From assembly GCA_963798845.1 (NCBI GenBank), contig CAWCUS010000002.1, positions 224,001 to 288,000 on the forward strand: DNA of 64,000 nt, in the 5' to 3' direction. Numbering within the stretch: the stretch's first letter is position 1; every line of letters begins with the position of its first letter. Shown one piece after another: positions 40,075-49,399 of the stretch. The notes below the pieces were generated by a model, which was given only the letters and a program-made list of their open reading frames with translations, made no database searches and was not told where the DNA came from. This stretch comes from an uncultured Gemmatimonadales bacterium (lineage in GTDB: Bacteria; Gemmatimonadota; Gemmatimonadetes; Longimicrobiales; RSA9). The position numbers and the translations under genes were made by a program.

Positions 40075-41397
40075 ATGCCCGAAATCAAGGTCGCGGCGGA
40101 TCGCGTCTTCCCGATCCTCGAGAACAACATCCTGGTGGACGGATTCCACCTGGTGATCGATCTGGAGAAGTCCCATGGCGCGGTGATCGTCGACGCGCTC
40201 GAGGCGAAGGAGTACCTGGACTGCTATGGCTATTTCGCCACCCTCCCCATCGGCCACAACCATCCGAAGATGGAGGACGAGGGCTTCCGCAAGACGCTCA
40301 TGACGGCCGCCCTGTCGAACCCCGCCAACAGCGACATCTACTCCCGCCAGTACGCGGCGTTCGTGGAGATCTTCCGGGAGATCGCCGTCCCCGACGAGTT
40401 CCGCTACCTCTTCTTCGTCGCGGGCGGCGCCCTGGCGGTCGAGAACGCCATGAAGGCAGCATTCGACTGGAAGGTGCGGAAGAACATGGCTGCCGGGATC
40501 GAGGGCGGCGGGGACAAGATCCTCCACTTCACAGGCGCGTTCCACGGCCGCAGCGGCTACACGCTGAGCGTGACCAACACGGACCCGAACAAGACGTTGT
40601 ACTTCCCGAAGTTCCAGTGGCCGCGCATCGACGCGCCATTCATCGAGTCGGGGCTGGACGAGGCGGCCATGGAAGGGCGGGAAGATCGCTCCATGAAGGC
40701 CATCGAGGACGCCTTCGACGCCGACCCACACGGGATCGCGGCGATCCTCGTCGAGCCGATCCAGGGTGAGGGCGGCGACCGTCACTTCCGACCTGAATTC
40801 TTCCGCAAGCTCCGTGACCTGGCCGACCGCCGCGAGGCGCTCCTCATCTTCGACGAGGTGCAGACGGGGCTGGGCGCCACGGGCAGCATGTGGGCGTACC
40901 AGCAGATGGGCGTCACCCCGGACATCATCGCGTTCGGCAAGAAGACGCAGGTGTGCGGGATCATGAGCACGCGCCGCATCGACGACGTGGCGGACAACGT
41001 CTTCCACGTGTCCAGCCGCATCAACTCCACCTGGGGCGGGAACCTGGTGGACATGGTCCGCGCCGCCCGCTACCTCCAGATCATCGAGGAGGACCGGCTG
41101 GTGGAGAACGCCGCGCGCGTGGGGATGCACCTGCTCGAGGAGCTGAAGGAGCTGGAGCGGGAATACGCCGCCGTCACCAACGTCCGCGGTCGTGGCCTCT
41201 TCATCGCCTTCGACATGCCCGACGGCGAGAGCCGCAAGGCGCTGCGCATGGCGTGCTGGGAGCGCGGCCTGGCGGTGCTCCCCTCCGGACCCCGCTCCAT
41301 CCGCTTCCGCCCGCCGCTCGTCTTCTCCGACCAGGACGTGGCCATGGCGGTGTCGACGCTGCGTGAGGTGCTGACCACGGAGGCCGTGCCGGCCTGA
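40075..41397 (+). CDS. lat: L-lysine 6-transaminase
   Basis: ILVDG, NPANSDIYS, GALAVENAMKAAFDWK, AFHGRSGYTLS, FDEVQTG, FGKKTQVCG, SSRINSTWGG. Confidence 0.9.
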   Translation: MPEIKVAADRVFPILENNILVDGFHLVIDLEKSHGAVIVDALEAKEYLDCYGYFATLPIGHNHPKMEDEGFRKTLMTAALSNPANSDIYSRQYAAFVEIFREIAVPDEFRYLFFVAGGALAVENAMKAAFDWKVRKNMAAGIEGGGDKILHFTGAFHGRSGYTLSVTNTDPNKTLYFPKFQWPRIDAPFIESGLDEAAMEGREDRSMKAIEDAFDADPHGIAAILVEPIQGEGGDRHFRPEFFRKLRDLADRREALLIFDEVQTGLGATGSMWAYQQMGVTPDIIAFGKKTQVCGIMSTRRIDDVADNVFHVSSRINSTWGGNLVDMVRAARYLQIIEEDRLVENAARVGMHLLEELKELEREYAAVTNVRGRGLFIAFDMPDGESRKALRMACWERGLAVLPSGPRSIRFRPPLVFSDQDVAMAVSTLREVLTTEAVPA

Positions 41398-41408
41398 CCT
41401 TGGCCCCC

Positions 41409-41575
41409 GGCCCCCGGACCGTGTTTCCATTTTCAGTTCTGGCCCGGTCCGACATGCCGGCCTTTCTGCAGCGGACAGCGGCGCGGCCACAGCCAGGTCG
41501 CTGCCCGCTGCGGAGAGCGGCCGGTCGCGTGTCGGTGTTGCGAATACTGAATATGGAAACGTGGTCCGGGGGGCC
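41409..41575 (+). ncRNA. Rod-like ~170-nt hairpin, 6S RNA-like candidate
   Basis: ~29-bp imperfect closing stem, an internal loop, then four further stacked stems. Most DNA-level mismatches are G-U pairs on the + strand. Confidence 0.5.
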
Positions 41576-41600
41576 TTGAACCCATCGTTATCTTGCTGCC

Positions 41601-42269
41601 ATGAACACCACCTTCGGCCCGATCGACCTCGCCCTCGTCATCACCGCCGCCGCACTTTTCGGCGGCATCGCCGGGTACGCCGTTCGCTGGGTTCAGGAAC
41701 GGAGACGAGGCTCGCGGGCAGGCCGGGCGGCGACGTCATCGCGGCCGGACCCGCTGCGCCGCGTGAGCGTGGCGGACACGTGGCTGCCCGGCCGGGGGTT
41801 CGCCACGGCGGAAGCGGCGTCCGGGGCCGGAGAATCCGGAGAAAGCTGGTCGGGGCGGGCGTCGGCGACGTTCCCGCCCCCGGGAACAGACAACCCGCTG
41901 GTGCTGGTGGTGGACGATCGGCTGGAGCTGCGGGCCGTGCACGGCGCCTATCTGCAGAAGCACGGCTACGAGGTCCTGACTGCCGCGGACGGAGAGACGG
42001 CGCTCGAGCTGGTTCAGGCGCATCACCCGGCCGTGGTCGTGCTCGACCACTCGCTGCCTCGCCGTACCGGTATCGAGGTGGCGCGTCTGCTGCGAGCCGA
42101 TCCGTTGACGGCCGACATCCCGATCATCCTGATCAGCGCCCACAGCTATGGCGCCATCGGCAAAGCGGCCCGGGATGCCGGCGTCGCCGCCTTTCTGCCG
42201 AAGCCCGTGGACCCGAGCCGCGTGCTCCGCGAGGTGGACCGCCTGGTGGGGGTCCGGCCGCAGCACTGA
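41601..42269 (+). CDS. Response regulator receiver with N-terminal membrane anchor
   Basis: N-terminal TM (LALVITAAALFGGIAGY), low-complexity linker, VLVVDD, VLDHSLP, LISA, FLPKP. Confidence 0.8.
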   Translation: MNTTFGPIDLALVITAAALFGGIAGYAVRWVQERRRGSRAGRAATSSRPDPLRRVSVADTWLPGRGFATAEAASGAGESGESWSGRASATFPPPGTDNPLVLVVDDRLELRAVHGAYLQKHGYEVLTAADGETALELVQAHHPAVVVLDHSLPRRTGIEVARLLRADPLTADIPIILISAHSYGAIGKAARDAGVAAFLPKPVDPSRVLREVDRLVGVRPQH

Positions 42270-42386
42270 CCGCAGCGCAGACGGCGCTCGGCGGTCGGCC
42301 GGCAGCACCCGGAGGGGCGACAGCGGGGACCCGCGCTTCGGTGCGCGGGTCCCCGCTGCTTGCCACCTTCTGGGCCCGGGGGCCTG

Positions 42387-44486
42387 CTACGGTGCCACGG
42401 GCGTCGTCCCGGGGCGCCCGATCCACTCGCCGAGCCACCCGTAGATGGCGTTCCACCACACGATGGCGTTGGCTGGCTTGAGCACGAAGTGGCTCTCATC
42501 CGGGAAGTAGAGCAGCCGTGCCGGGATGCCGCGGCGCCGGAGCGCGGTGAACGTGCTGAGCCCCTGCTCCAGCGGGACGCGGTAGTCGTGACCGCCGTGC
42601 ACCACGAGCATCGGCGTTTGCCACCGGTCCACGAAGAGCGACGGGTTCCACTGGCGGTAGAGCTCCGGGCTCTCCCACGGGGTGCCGCCGAACTCCCACT
42701 CCGGGAACCAGAGCTCCTCGGTGGAGAAGTACATGCTGCGGATGTCGAACAGGCCATCGTGGTTGACGATCGCCTTGAACCGGTTGGTGTGTCCCTCGAA
42801 CCAGTTCATCATGTAGCCGCCGTAGGACGCGCCGGCGGCGGCCATGCGCGTGCTGTCCAGGTATTCGTAGCGCTGGAGCGCCGCGTCCAGCCCGTTCATC
42901 AGGTCCGTGAACGGCCGGCCGCCCCAGTCCCGGCTGATCTGGTCGGTGAATTCCTGGCCGTAGCCGGTGCTCCCCCGGGGATTCACACCCACCACCACGT
43001 AGCCCGGAGCGGCGAACATGTTGTAGTTCCAGCGGTAGTGGAAGTTGTCCTCCCACGCGCCCTGCGGCCCGCCGTGGACCAGGAAGACCACCGGGTACTT
43101 CTTCGACGGGTCGAACGACGGGGGCTTCAGCACGAATCCCTGCACCGAATCCCCGTCCGCGCCCTGGAACCAGAACGGCTCCGCCGGCTGGAGGGACAGC
43201 TGCGCCAGCAGCGCCTCGTTCGGGTTCGCCAGGCGACGCACCGTCTTCCCGCTGCCATCCACCAGCTCCAGCACCGTGGGCAGCTCCGCCTTCTGTCGGG
43301 CGACGACGATCCGGCCGCCTTCGCCCACCAGGGCGAAGCTGCCGTCCATGGCCCCGTCCGTCACCGGCTCGACCTTCCCCGCGTTCCTGCCGGTGACAGG
43401 CACCCGGTACACGCGTATGTCCATCCGGTCCTGCGCGTTGAACCAGAGCGTGCGGGAGTCCGGAGCCCACTCGAAGGAGCTGACGGAGTGGTCGAAGTCG
43501 GCGGCGAGGGGACGGATCTCGCCAGTGCGGCGGTCGTAGAGCGTGAGCTCCGCGCGGTCCGCTTCGAAGCCGGGGCGGGACTGCGCCAGGTACGCGATCC
43601 AGCGACCGTCCGGCGAGTAGACGGGCGAGTTGTCGTTGCCGTCGCTCTCCGTGATCAGCTTTGGCTCACCGCCCGCGGTCGGGACGACCCAGACGTCGTT
43701 GCCGGTTCCGACGGACGTGGGCACGTCCGTGTTGCGGACGAACGCCAGCTCCTTGCCGTCCGGGCTCAACGAAAAGTCCTGGAAGCCCGGCAGTCCGAGC
43801 GGAGGCGTGTCGTACGACCCAGGCGTGATGTCGCGCGCTTCGCCGGTGCCCGGATCCGCGACGAACACGTGGCTCCGCATCTGGTCTTCCCACGTGTCCC
43901 AGTGCCGGATCATCAGCTCGTCGTAGATCTGCGCGGTGGAGCCGGCCGCCTCCAGGCGACGCGCCCTCGCCGCCGCCGAGTCGCCTTCCGGCCACACGTC
44001 CACCGGGAACGCCAGGCGCGACCCGTCGGCCGACCACACCGGGCCGCCCGACACGCCGTTCTCCACGTGCGTCAGCTGCCGCGCCTCGCCGCCGCCGGCG
44101 GGCATGAGCCAGATCTGCGCCCCATCGTCGCCACGCGCCGAGACGAACGCGAGGCTGCGACCGTCCGGCGACCACGCGGGCGACGAGCTGGATGCCGCCG
44201 CGCTCGTCAGTCGCCGCGGCGGCCCCCCGGCCACGGGCACCAGCCAGATGTCCGTGTGCCCCCGGTTCCCGTCGATGTCGTACGCGGTCACCGTGTACAG
44301 CACGTTCCGGCCGTCGGGGCTGACCACGGGCGCGCCGACGCGCTGCATGTGCCAGAGGTCCTCGGGGGTGATGGGTCGCTGCGCCGCTGCCGGGGACGCG
44401 GGCGCAGCCATCAGCGCCAGCGCCGCAAGCGCCACCAGGGCCGGCGTGCGTGGGAGGGTGGGAGCGGCAAGCCTCACTCTATGCAT
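42387..44486 (-). CDS. S9 family peptidase (dipeptidyl peptidase V/acylaminoacyl peptidase-like), secreted
   Basis: Signal peptide; SPDG propeller repeats; HGGPQ, GASYGG, DYRVP, DESH. Confidence 0.92.
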   Translation of the reverse strand: MHRVRLAAPTLPRTPALVALAALALMAAPASPAAAQRPITPEDLWHMQRVGAPVVSPDGRNVLYTVTAYDIDGNRGHTDIWLVPVAGGPPRRLTSAAASSSSPAWSPDGRSLAFVSARGDDGAQIWLMPAGGGEARQLTHVENGVSGGPVWSADGSRLAFPVDVWPEGDSAAARARRLEAAGSTAQIYDELMIRHWDTWEDQMRSHVFVADPGTGEARDITPGSYDTPPLGLPGFQDFSLSPDGKELAFVRNTDVPTSVGTGNDVWVVPTAGGEPKLITESDGNDNSPVYSPDGRWIAYLAQSRPGFEADRAELTLYDRRTGEIRPLAADFDHSVSSFEWAPDSRTLWFNAQDRMDIRVYRVPVTGRNAGKVEPVTDGAMDGSFALVGEGGRIVVARQKAELPTVLELVDGSGKTVRRLANPNEALLAQLSLQPAEPFWFQGADGDSVQGFVLKPPSFDPSKKYPVVFLVHGGPQGAWEDNFHYRWNYNMFAAPGYVVVGVNPRGSTGYGQEFTDQISRDWGGRPFTDLMNGLDAALQRYEYLDSTRMAAAGASYGGYMMNWFEGHTNRFKAIVNHDGLFDIRSMYFSTEELWFPEWEFGGTPWESPELYRQWNPSLFVDRWQTPMLVVHGGHDYRVPLEQGLSTFTALRRRGIPARLLYFPDESHFVLKPANAIVWWNAIYGWLGEWIGRPGTTPVAP

Positions 44487-44719
44487 GGGTCCTCACTTCG
44501 TCATGTGGTCGGCGCGGTCTTCCGCCGGGCAGCCGCCGGAGGCCGTGACTGAAGCACCAGGCGGCGGTCCCCGGAGGCCGCGCCGGAAGTGCTTCGTGGT
44601 GTAGCGAGCGACGACAGGTCGCGCAAGGCGAGCGACGCACCCCGGGGCGCCGGCCGCAGCCGGGACGCCGGCCGCTCGGGGTGGCGGGCTCGGGACCCCG
44701 GGCCCGGCGCCGCCGCAGG

Positions 44720-45409
44720 TCAGCCGCCCGACGCGGCCGCGGACGTAGCGGCGCTGGTGGCGGCGACCACGGCCGCCTGAACCGCCTGGATGGTGGCCCG
44801 TGTGGCGTCCGCCGCCACATTGTCCTCCAGCAGCGTCTTCAGCCGGGCGTTCCTCCCCTTGAGCGCTTTTCGGCCGAGCAGGGGGGCCAGCAGGCCGGCG
44901 CTGTGGGCGATGCCGACCAGCGTGGCCGTGCGGGTGTCCACCGGCCCGTCGCCGAAGACGGCCTCCCGCACCCGCTCGAGCAGGCGGCGCTCCGGCGCGG
45001 GGTCGAGCTCCGGATAGACGGTACGCCGGAACAACAGCAGGAGCCGCTTCTCCTCGACCCGGAGAATCCCCTTGTGGACCAGGCCCCGTGCGGTCTCCCG
45101 GAGCCGCTCCCGCCGCGAGAATCGGCCGATCCACGTCACGGCGCTGGCCCGCCGCTTCGCGTCGCGGACGAGGCGGAGCGCCGCGTCCAGCACGGGGTTC
45201 CCGACCGGCGATGCGCCCGTGGAAGACTCGAGCAGGGGCCCGCCCCTCCGGCGCGCCACGAGGCGCACCCGCTCCTCCAGCAGCAGCTCGGCGAGGATCG
45301 CCCCGCCTACGGCATAGGCGTACATGCTGGTCGCCGGTGTTCCGGCCTTGTCTTTGAGCGCGAGAAGGAGAGCCTCCTCGTGCAGCCGCAGATCGTGCGT
45401 GGTGGCCAT
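44720..45409 (-). CDS. GPP34 (GOLPH3/Vps74-like) family protein
   Basis: LHEEALLLAL, GGAILAELLLEERV, LVHKGILRVEEKRLLLLFRRTVYP. Confidence 0.85.
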   Translation of the reverse strand: MATTHDLRLHEEALLLALKDKAGTPATSMYAYAVGGAILAELLLEERVRLVARRRGGPLLESSTGASPVGNPVLDAALRLVRDAKRRASAVTWIGRFSRRERLRETARGLVHKGILRVEEKRLLLLFRRTVYPELDPAPERRLLERVREAVFGDGPVDTRTATLVGIAHSAGLLAPLLGRKALKGRNARLKTLLEDNVAADATRATIQAVQAAVVAATSAATSAAASGG

Positions 45410-45508
45410 GGCGCCCCCGGGTACCGTGGGATGAAAGCGTCCCGTCGAACATGGCCGGGATCATCTCCCCACACCAGGCGCGGAACCCCGGTGCGGGGCC
45501 GGGCGGTA

Positions 45509-45537
45509 TTGACCGCTGTCACGCGCGCGGATACACT
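45509..45537 (+). promoter_or_regulatory. Sigma70-type promoter
   Basis: TTGACC-N17-TACACT. Confidence 0.75.
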
Positions 45538-45742
45538 GCTGCCGGCCCGTGGTGCGCCCTCAGCGCCCGCGGGCGTCGGTTTGTGGGGAGGGGGAGGGCG
45601 CCACCGGCGCCTGCCCGGAGACGTTGACTCCCCAGTCGGGCGCCGACGCCTGTGCGGGGGCGGTGCCACAGAGTTTCGGCGGCGTCTGCCGCCGATGCGT
45701 GCCGGCCGCCGTGCCGGTGAGTTTCGAGGAGATGGCAAGACT

Positions 45743-45961
45743 ATGAAGAAGGTCTGGATGGTCGCGCTCACGCTGTCGCTGGCCGCCTGCGGTGGGAACG
45801 GGGGCGACGCATCCATGGAGGAGCAGGCGCCCGCCGAGGAGACCGCCCCGGCCGTGCAGTCGGCTCCGGAGATGCAGGCACCGGCGGACAGTGCCATGCT
45901 GGACACCATGACCACGAAGGGGCCGGCTGCCACGTCGCCCGACTCCGCACCGCAGCAGTAG
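45743..45961 (+). CDS. Small acidic lipoprotein (72 aa)
   Basis: MKKVWMVALTLSLAAC lipobox, GAGGAG RBS, disordered acidic tail; followed by a 10-bp hairpin at 45975-46002. Confidence 0.8.
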   Translation: MKKVWMVALTLSLAACGGNGGDASMEEQAPAEETAPAVQSAPEMQAPADSAMLDTMTTKGPAATSPDSAPQQ

Positions 45962-46040
45962 CTCCCGCCGTCCGGATGGGCGGGGCAGCGCGCCCGCCCA
46001 TCGTCCTCCCCCTCCCCCCTCCCCCCTCGCCCAACACCCG

Positions 46041-46167
46041 ACGCCGGGTCAACCGCCGCCGAACGCCGGGTCAACCTCCGCCGACGCCGGGTCAACCTGC
46101 GCCGACGCCGGGTCAACCTCCCCCGACGCCGGGTCAACCTCCCCCGACGCCGGGTCAACCTCCGCCG
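46041..46167. repeat. Tandem repeat, 6 x ~21 bp
   Basis: Unit ACGCCGGGTCAACCTCCGCCG with small variants, starting at 46041, 46063, 46084, 46105, 46126, 46147. Confidence 0.95.
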
Positions 46168-47450
46168 ACCGCGTCCAGGACGTAGCCCGGCCAGACGGGT
46201 GGCGGCGCCTCCGCGGCACGGGCGGCGCCCGGCCCGCTCGCCGCCCGCCCCGCCCCGGCGTGGCGTGCGTTGATGGCGGCAGCCGCCCGGTTGTACTCCC
46301 CCATGAGCGTGGCGGGCCGGCACACGGTGGCCACCACCGCGGCGCGGCCCAGCTCCCGCTCCACGGTGGATGCCATGAACCAGCCGAGCGTATAGAATGG
46401 CCCCTGAGGGAAGCCCTCGCGGTTGATGAAGCCGAAGCCGGCGCGGTTCATGGCGTCGCCCGTGAGGGTGCCGTTGTGGATCGCCATGAAGAAGTCGCCC
46501 AGCGCCGCCATGTCCGTGGCCACGCTGTCCTGGCGGATGTCCCACGCCCGCCGCAGCCCGGGATCGGAGCCCCGCTGCGGGTCGGCGTCCGGCGACCCGG
46601 CGGCGGCGAGCACGGCCAGCCCTTCGGAGAAGCCGCCGCTCCAGCTGTAGAGCGCCATGAAGCGCTCGTCGTCCGTCTCCGGCGGCGCCGGACAACCGGC
46701 GGCGGTGCCCACGTGGTGCAGCTCATGGGCGAGGATGTTTTCCAGAGACTCCGGTGTCTGGCCGGGGTCCATGTACATGAAGATGGCCGGGTTCTCCGAC
46801 CCCAGCTCGAAGATGAAGCTGTTCGTCGCCGCCCGCAGAAGCGGGTATACGGTGCCGCGCAGCCGGGTGCCTTCCGGCAGGTAGGCCAGCGCCCGGCGCC
46901 CCGCCCGCTCCACGTCCACCCGCTTCCACACCTCCAGCGCACTCCGCAGCGCCGCCCGGTTGGCCAGCAGCGCGCTGTCGGTGGCGAAGAAGATGCGGTG
47001 CTTCTCGTCGGTGAACCCGCGCTGGAGCCCCAGCTGCTCGTCCAGGTCGCGCTCACGCGCCATCATGCGCGTGTACCCTTCGCTCGCGAACAGGCGCTCC
47101 CATGCCGACGCCGGGATCGCTTCGCCGCTGGCCCGCAGGTCCAGGATCGCCAGCACGGCCTCCGCCTCGTCCGGCTGGATCCTCAGATCCACGGCGCCGG
47201 CCGGGGGCACCACCACCGCCGCCGGGAATGGCTCGGCGACGGCGAGCGTCGCCAGCTCCGTCGGCCCGGCGAGGCCCGCCGGCCCGGCGGGCTCGGCGGC
47301 TTGCCCGGCCGCGGCGGCCGGAGCGGCCGCGCCGAACGCGAGCGCCGCTGACACCGCGAGGGCGGCGGCGGAGTTCAGGAGGACGGGGAGGGTGTGGCAC
47401 CCCCCGGTGGCGGTCCAGCGATGCGCTACTGTCACGACATCCTCTCCCAT
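46155..47450 (-). CDS. Secreted putative zinc protease (DUF5700-like)
   Basis: HELHH motif, downstream SEGLA, GPFYTLGW; Ala-rich signal region. Start uncertain. Confidence 0.7.
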   Translation of the reverse strand: MGEDVVTVAHRWTATGGCHTLPVLLNSAAALAVSAALAFGAAAPAAAAGQAAEPAGPAGLAGPTELATLAVAEPFPAAVVVPPAGAVDLRIQPDEAEAVLAILDLRASGEAIPASAWERLFASEGYTRMMARERDLDEQLGLQRGFTDEKHRIFFATDSALLANRAALRSALEVWKRVDVERAGRRALAYLPEGTRLRGTVYPLLRAATNSFIFELGSENPAIFMYMDPGQTPESLENILAHELHHVGTAAGCPAPPETDDERFMALYSWSGGFSEGLAVLAAAGSPDADPQRGSDPGLRRAWDIRQDSVATDMAALGDFFMAIHNGTLTGDAMNRAGFGFINREGFPQGPFYTLGWFMASTVERELGRAAVVATVCRPATLMGEYNRAAAAINARHAGAGRAASGPGAARAAEAPPPVWPGYVLDAVGGG

Positions 47451-47585
47451 GGATCGAGTGCGCCGGAGGGGCACTTCTTCGGACACGCGCCACGCCGCGA
47501 TGGTTGTGCGCGGCGCCCCGTCATCCGAAGATCCGGCGGGCCGCCCCGTCCCGCGGCGGCCGTCCACCGCTCACCGGGGGCAGTC

Positions 47586-48896
47586 ATGCGACGACGCGAT
47601 TTCCTGATCCACGGGTCCCTCTCCACCGGCGCGCTGGCGGCGTTCGCTGCCGGCCCCGGCGCAGCGTGGGCGGAGGCGGCGCACGCGGGGGACGGGGCGG
47701 GCGGACCGGCTGCCGGCCAGGGCCCCCGCCTCGGCCTCCGTCCCGCGGAGCCCCCTGCCCCCATCAGCGAAGCGGAGCGGGCGGAGCGGCGGGCGAAGGC
47801 CCAGCGCCTCATGGCGGAGCGGGGGATCGCCGGGATGTTCATCGAGCCCGGCGCGTCCCTGACCTACTTCGCCGACCTGGCGTGGGGGCGGAGCGAGCGG
47901 GTGTACGGGCTGCTGCTCCCCGTGGCCGGCGACGCGGTGGTCATCTCGCCGGCGTTCGAGGCCGAGCGCGCGGCGCTGGGCGTGAAGGACCGCTTCGACA
48001 TCCGGGCGTGGCAGGAGGACGAGAGCCCCTACTCGCTGATACTGGACACGCTCCGGGGCGCGGGGCAGCGGAGCGGCCGGATCGCGGTGGACCCGGCGGC
48101 GAGGGTGTTCGTGCGCGACGGGATCGCGGGCGTCACGGGCGGAAGCTTCGACGTCGTCAGCGCGGCCCCCGTCGTCGAGCTCACCCGCGGGGTGAAGAGC
48201 GCGCACGAGATCGAGATCATGCGCTTCGCCAACCAGCAGACGCTCCAGGCCTTCGAGGCCGCGTTCGCCACGCTCCGGCCGGGCCTCACGCAGGAGGAGC
48301 TGGCGCGCACCGTGTCCGGCGCCATGGCCGAGCTTGGCTGGCGCGGCGGCGCGCTGGTGCTCTTCGGCGAGTCCTCCGCCTACCCCCACGGCGCGCCCAG
48401 CCCGGCGCCGCTGAAGGAGGGCGACGTGGTCCTCGTGGATGGCGGACTCCAGGTCCACGGCTACAGCTCCGACATCACCCGCACCGTGTCACTTGGACAG
48501 CCCTCGGCCGAAGCGCAGCACGTGTTCGACGTGGTGCTCGAAGCGCAGGAGGCAGCCCGCGCCGCCGCCCGGCCCGGCGTCGCCGCGGGCAGCGTGGACG
48601 CGGCCGCCCGCGCCGTCATCGACCGCGCCGGCTTCGGCCCCGGCTACCGCCTCTTCAGCCACCGCCTCGGCCACGGCATCGGCCTGGAAGGCCACGAGTG
48701 GCCGTACCTGGTGAAGGGGAGCGACGTGGTGCTCCGCACCGGCATGACGTTCAGCGACGAGCCCGGGATCTACCAGTACGGGAAGTTCGGCATCCGCTGC
48801 GAGGACATCATGGTGATCACGGACGGGGGGGCGGAGCTGCTGACGGGGCCGGCGACCGGGCTCGGCCTGGCGGCCTCGCAGAGGGGCTCGGCCTGA
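47586..48896 (+). CDS. M24 Xaa-Pro peptidase, Tat-exported
   Basis: MRRRDFL Tat motif; YPHG, VDGG, SDITRT, HRLGHGIG, SDEPG, RCED. Confidence 0.92.
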   Translation: MRRRDFLIHGSLSTGALAAFAAGPGAAWAEAAHAGDGAGGPAAGQGPRLGLRPAEPPAPISEAERAERRAKAQRLMAERGIAGMFIEPGASLTYFADLAWGRSERVYGLLLPVAGDAVVISPAFEAERAALGVKDRFDIRAWQEDESPYSLILDTLRGAGQRSGRIAVDPAARVFVRDGIAGVTGGSFDVVSAAPVVELTRGVKSAHEIEIMRFANQQTLQAFEAAFATLRPGLTQEELARTVSGAMAELGWRGGALVLFGESSAYPHGAPSPAPLKEGDVVLVDGGLQVHGYSSDITRTVSLGQPSAEAQHVFDVVLEAQEAARAAARPGVAAGSVDAAARAVIDRAGFGPGYRLFSHRLGHGIGLEGHEWPYLVKGSDVVLRTGMTFSDEPGIYQYGKFGIRCEDIMVITDGGAELLTGPATGLGLAASQRGSA

Positions 48897-49385
48897 CGGC
48901 CTCGCAGAGGGGCTCGGCCTGGCGGCCTCGCAGAGGGGCTCGGCCTGATGGCCTCGCAGAGGGGCTCGGCCTGGCGGCCTCGCAGAGGGGCTCGGCCTGG
49001 CGGCCTCGCAGAGGGGCTCGGCCTGGCGGCCTCGCAGAGGGGCTCGGCCTGGCGGCCTCGCAGAGGGGCTCGGCCCGACGGCCTCGCAGAGGGGCTCGGC
49101 CTGACGGCCTCGCAGAGGGGCTCGGCCTGACGGCCTCGCAGAGGGGCTCGGCCTGATGGCCTCGCAGAGGGGCTCGGCCTGACGGCCTCGCAGAGGGGCT
49201 CGGCCTGACGGCCTCGCAGAGGGGCTCGGCCTGGCGGCCTCGCAGAGGGGCTCGGCCTGACGGCCTCGCAGAGGGGCTCGGCCTGACGGCCTCGCAGAGG
49301 GGCTCGGCCTGATGGCCTCGCAGAGGGGCTCGGCCTGACGGCCTCGCAGAGGGGCTCGGCCTGATGGCCTCGCAGCGGGACTCGG
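48858..49385. repeat. Tandem repeat (minisatellite), ~20 x 26 bp, no spacers
   Basis: Unit GCCTCGCAGAGGGGCTCGGCCTGRYG; CCTCGCAG recurs every 26 bp from 48874 to 49368. Confidence 0.97.
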
Positions 49386-49399
49386 GTTGGCGCTGGGGC

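Noticed and set aside
48858..49385. CRISPR array
   Set aside because: Units are contiguous with no unique spacers, and there are no cas genes in the window.
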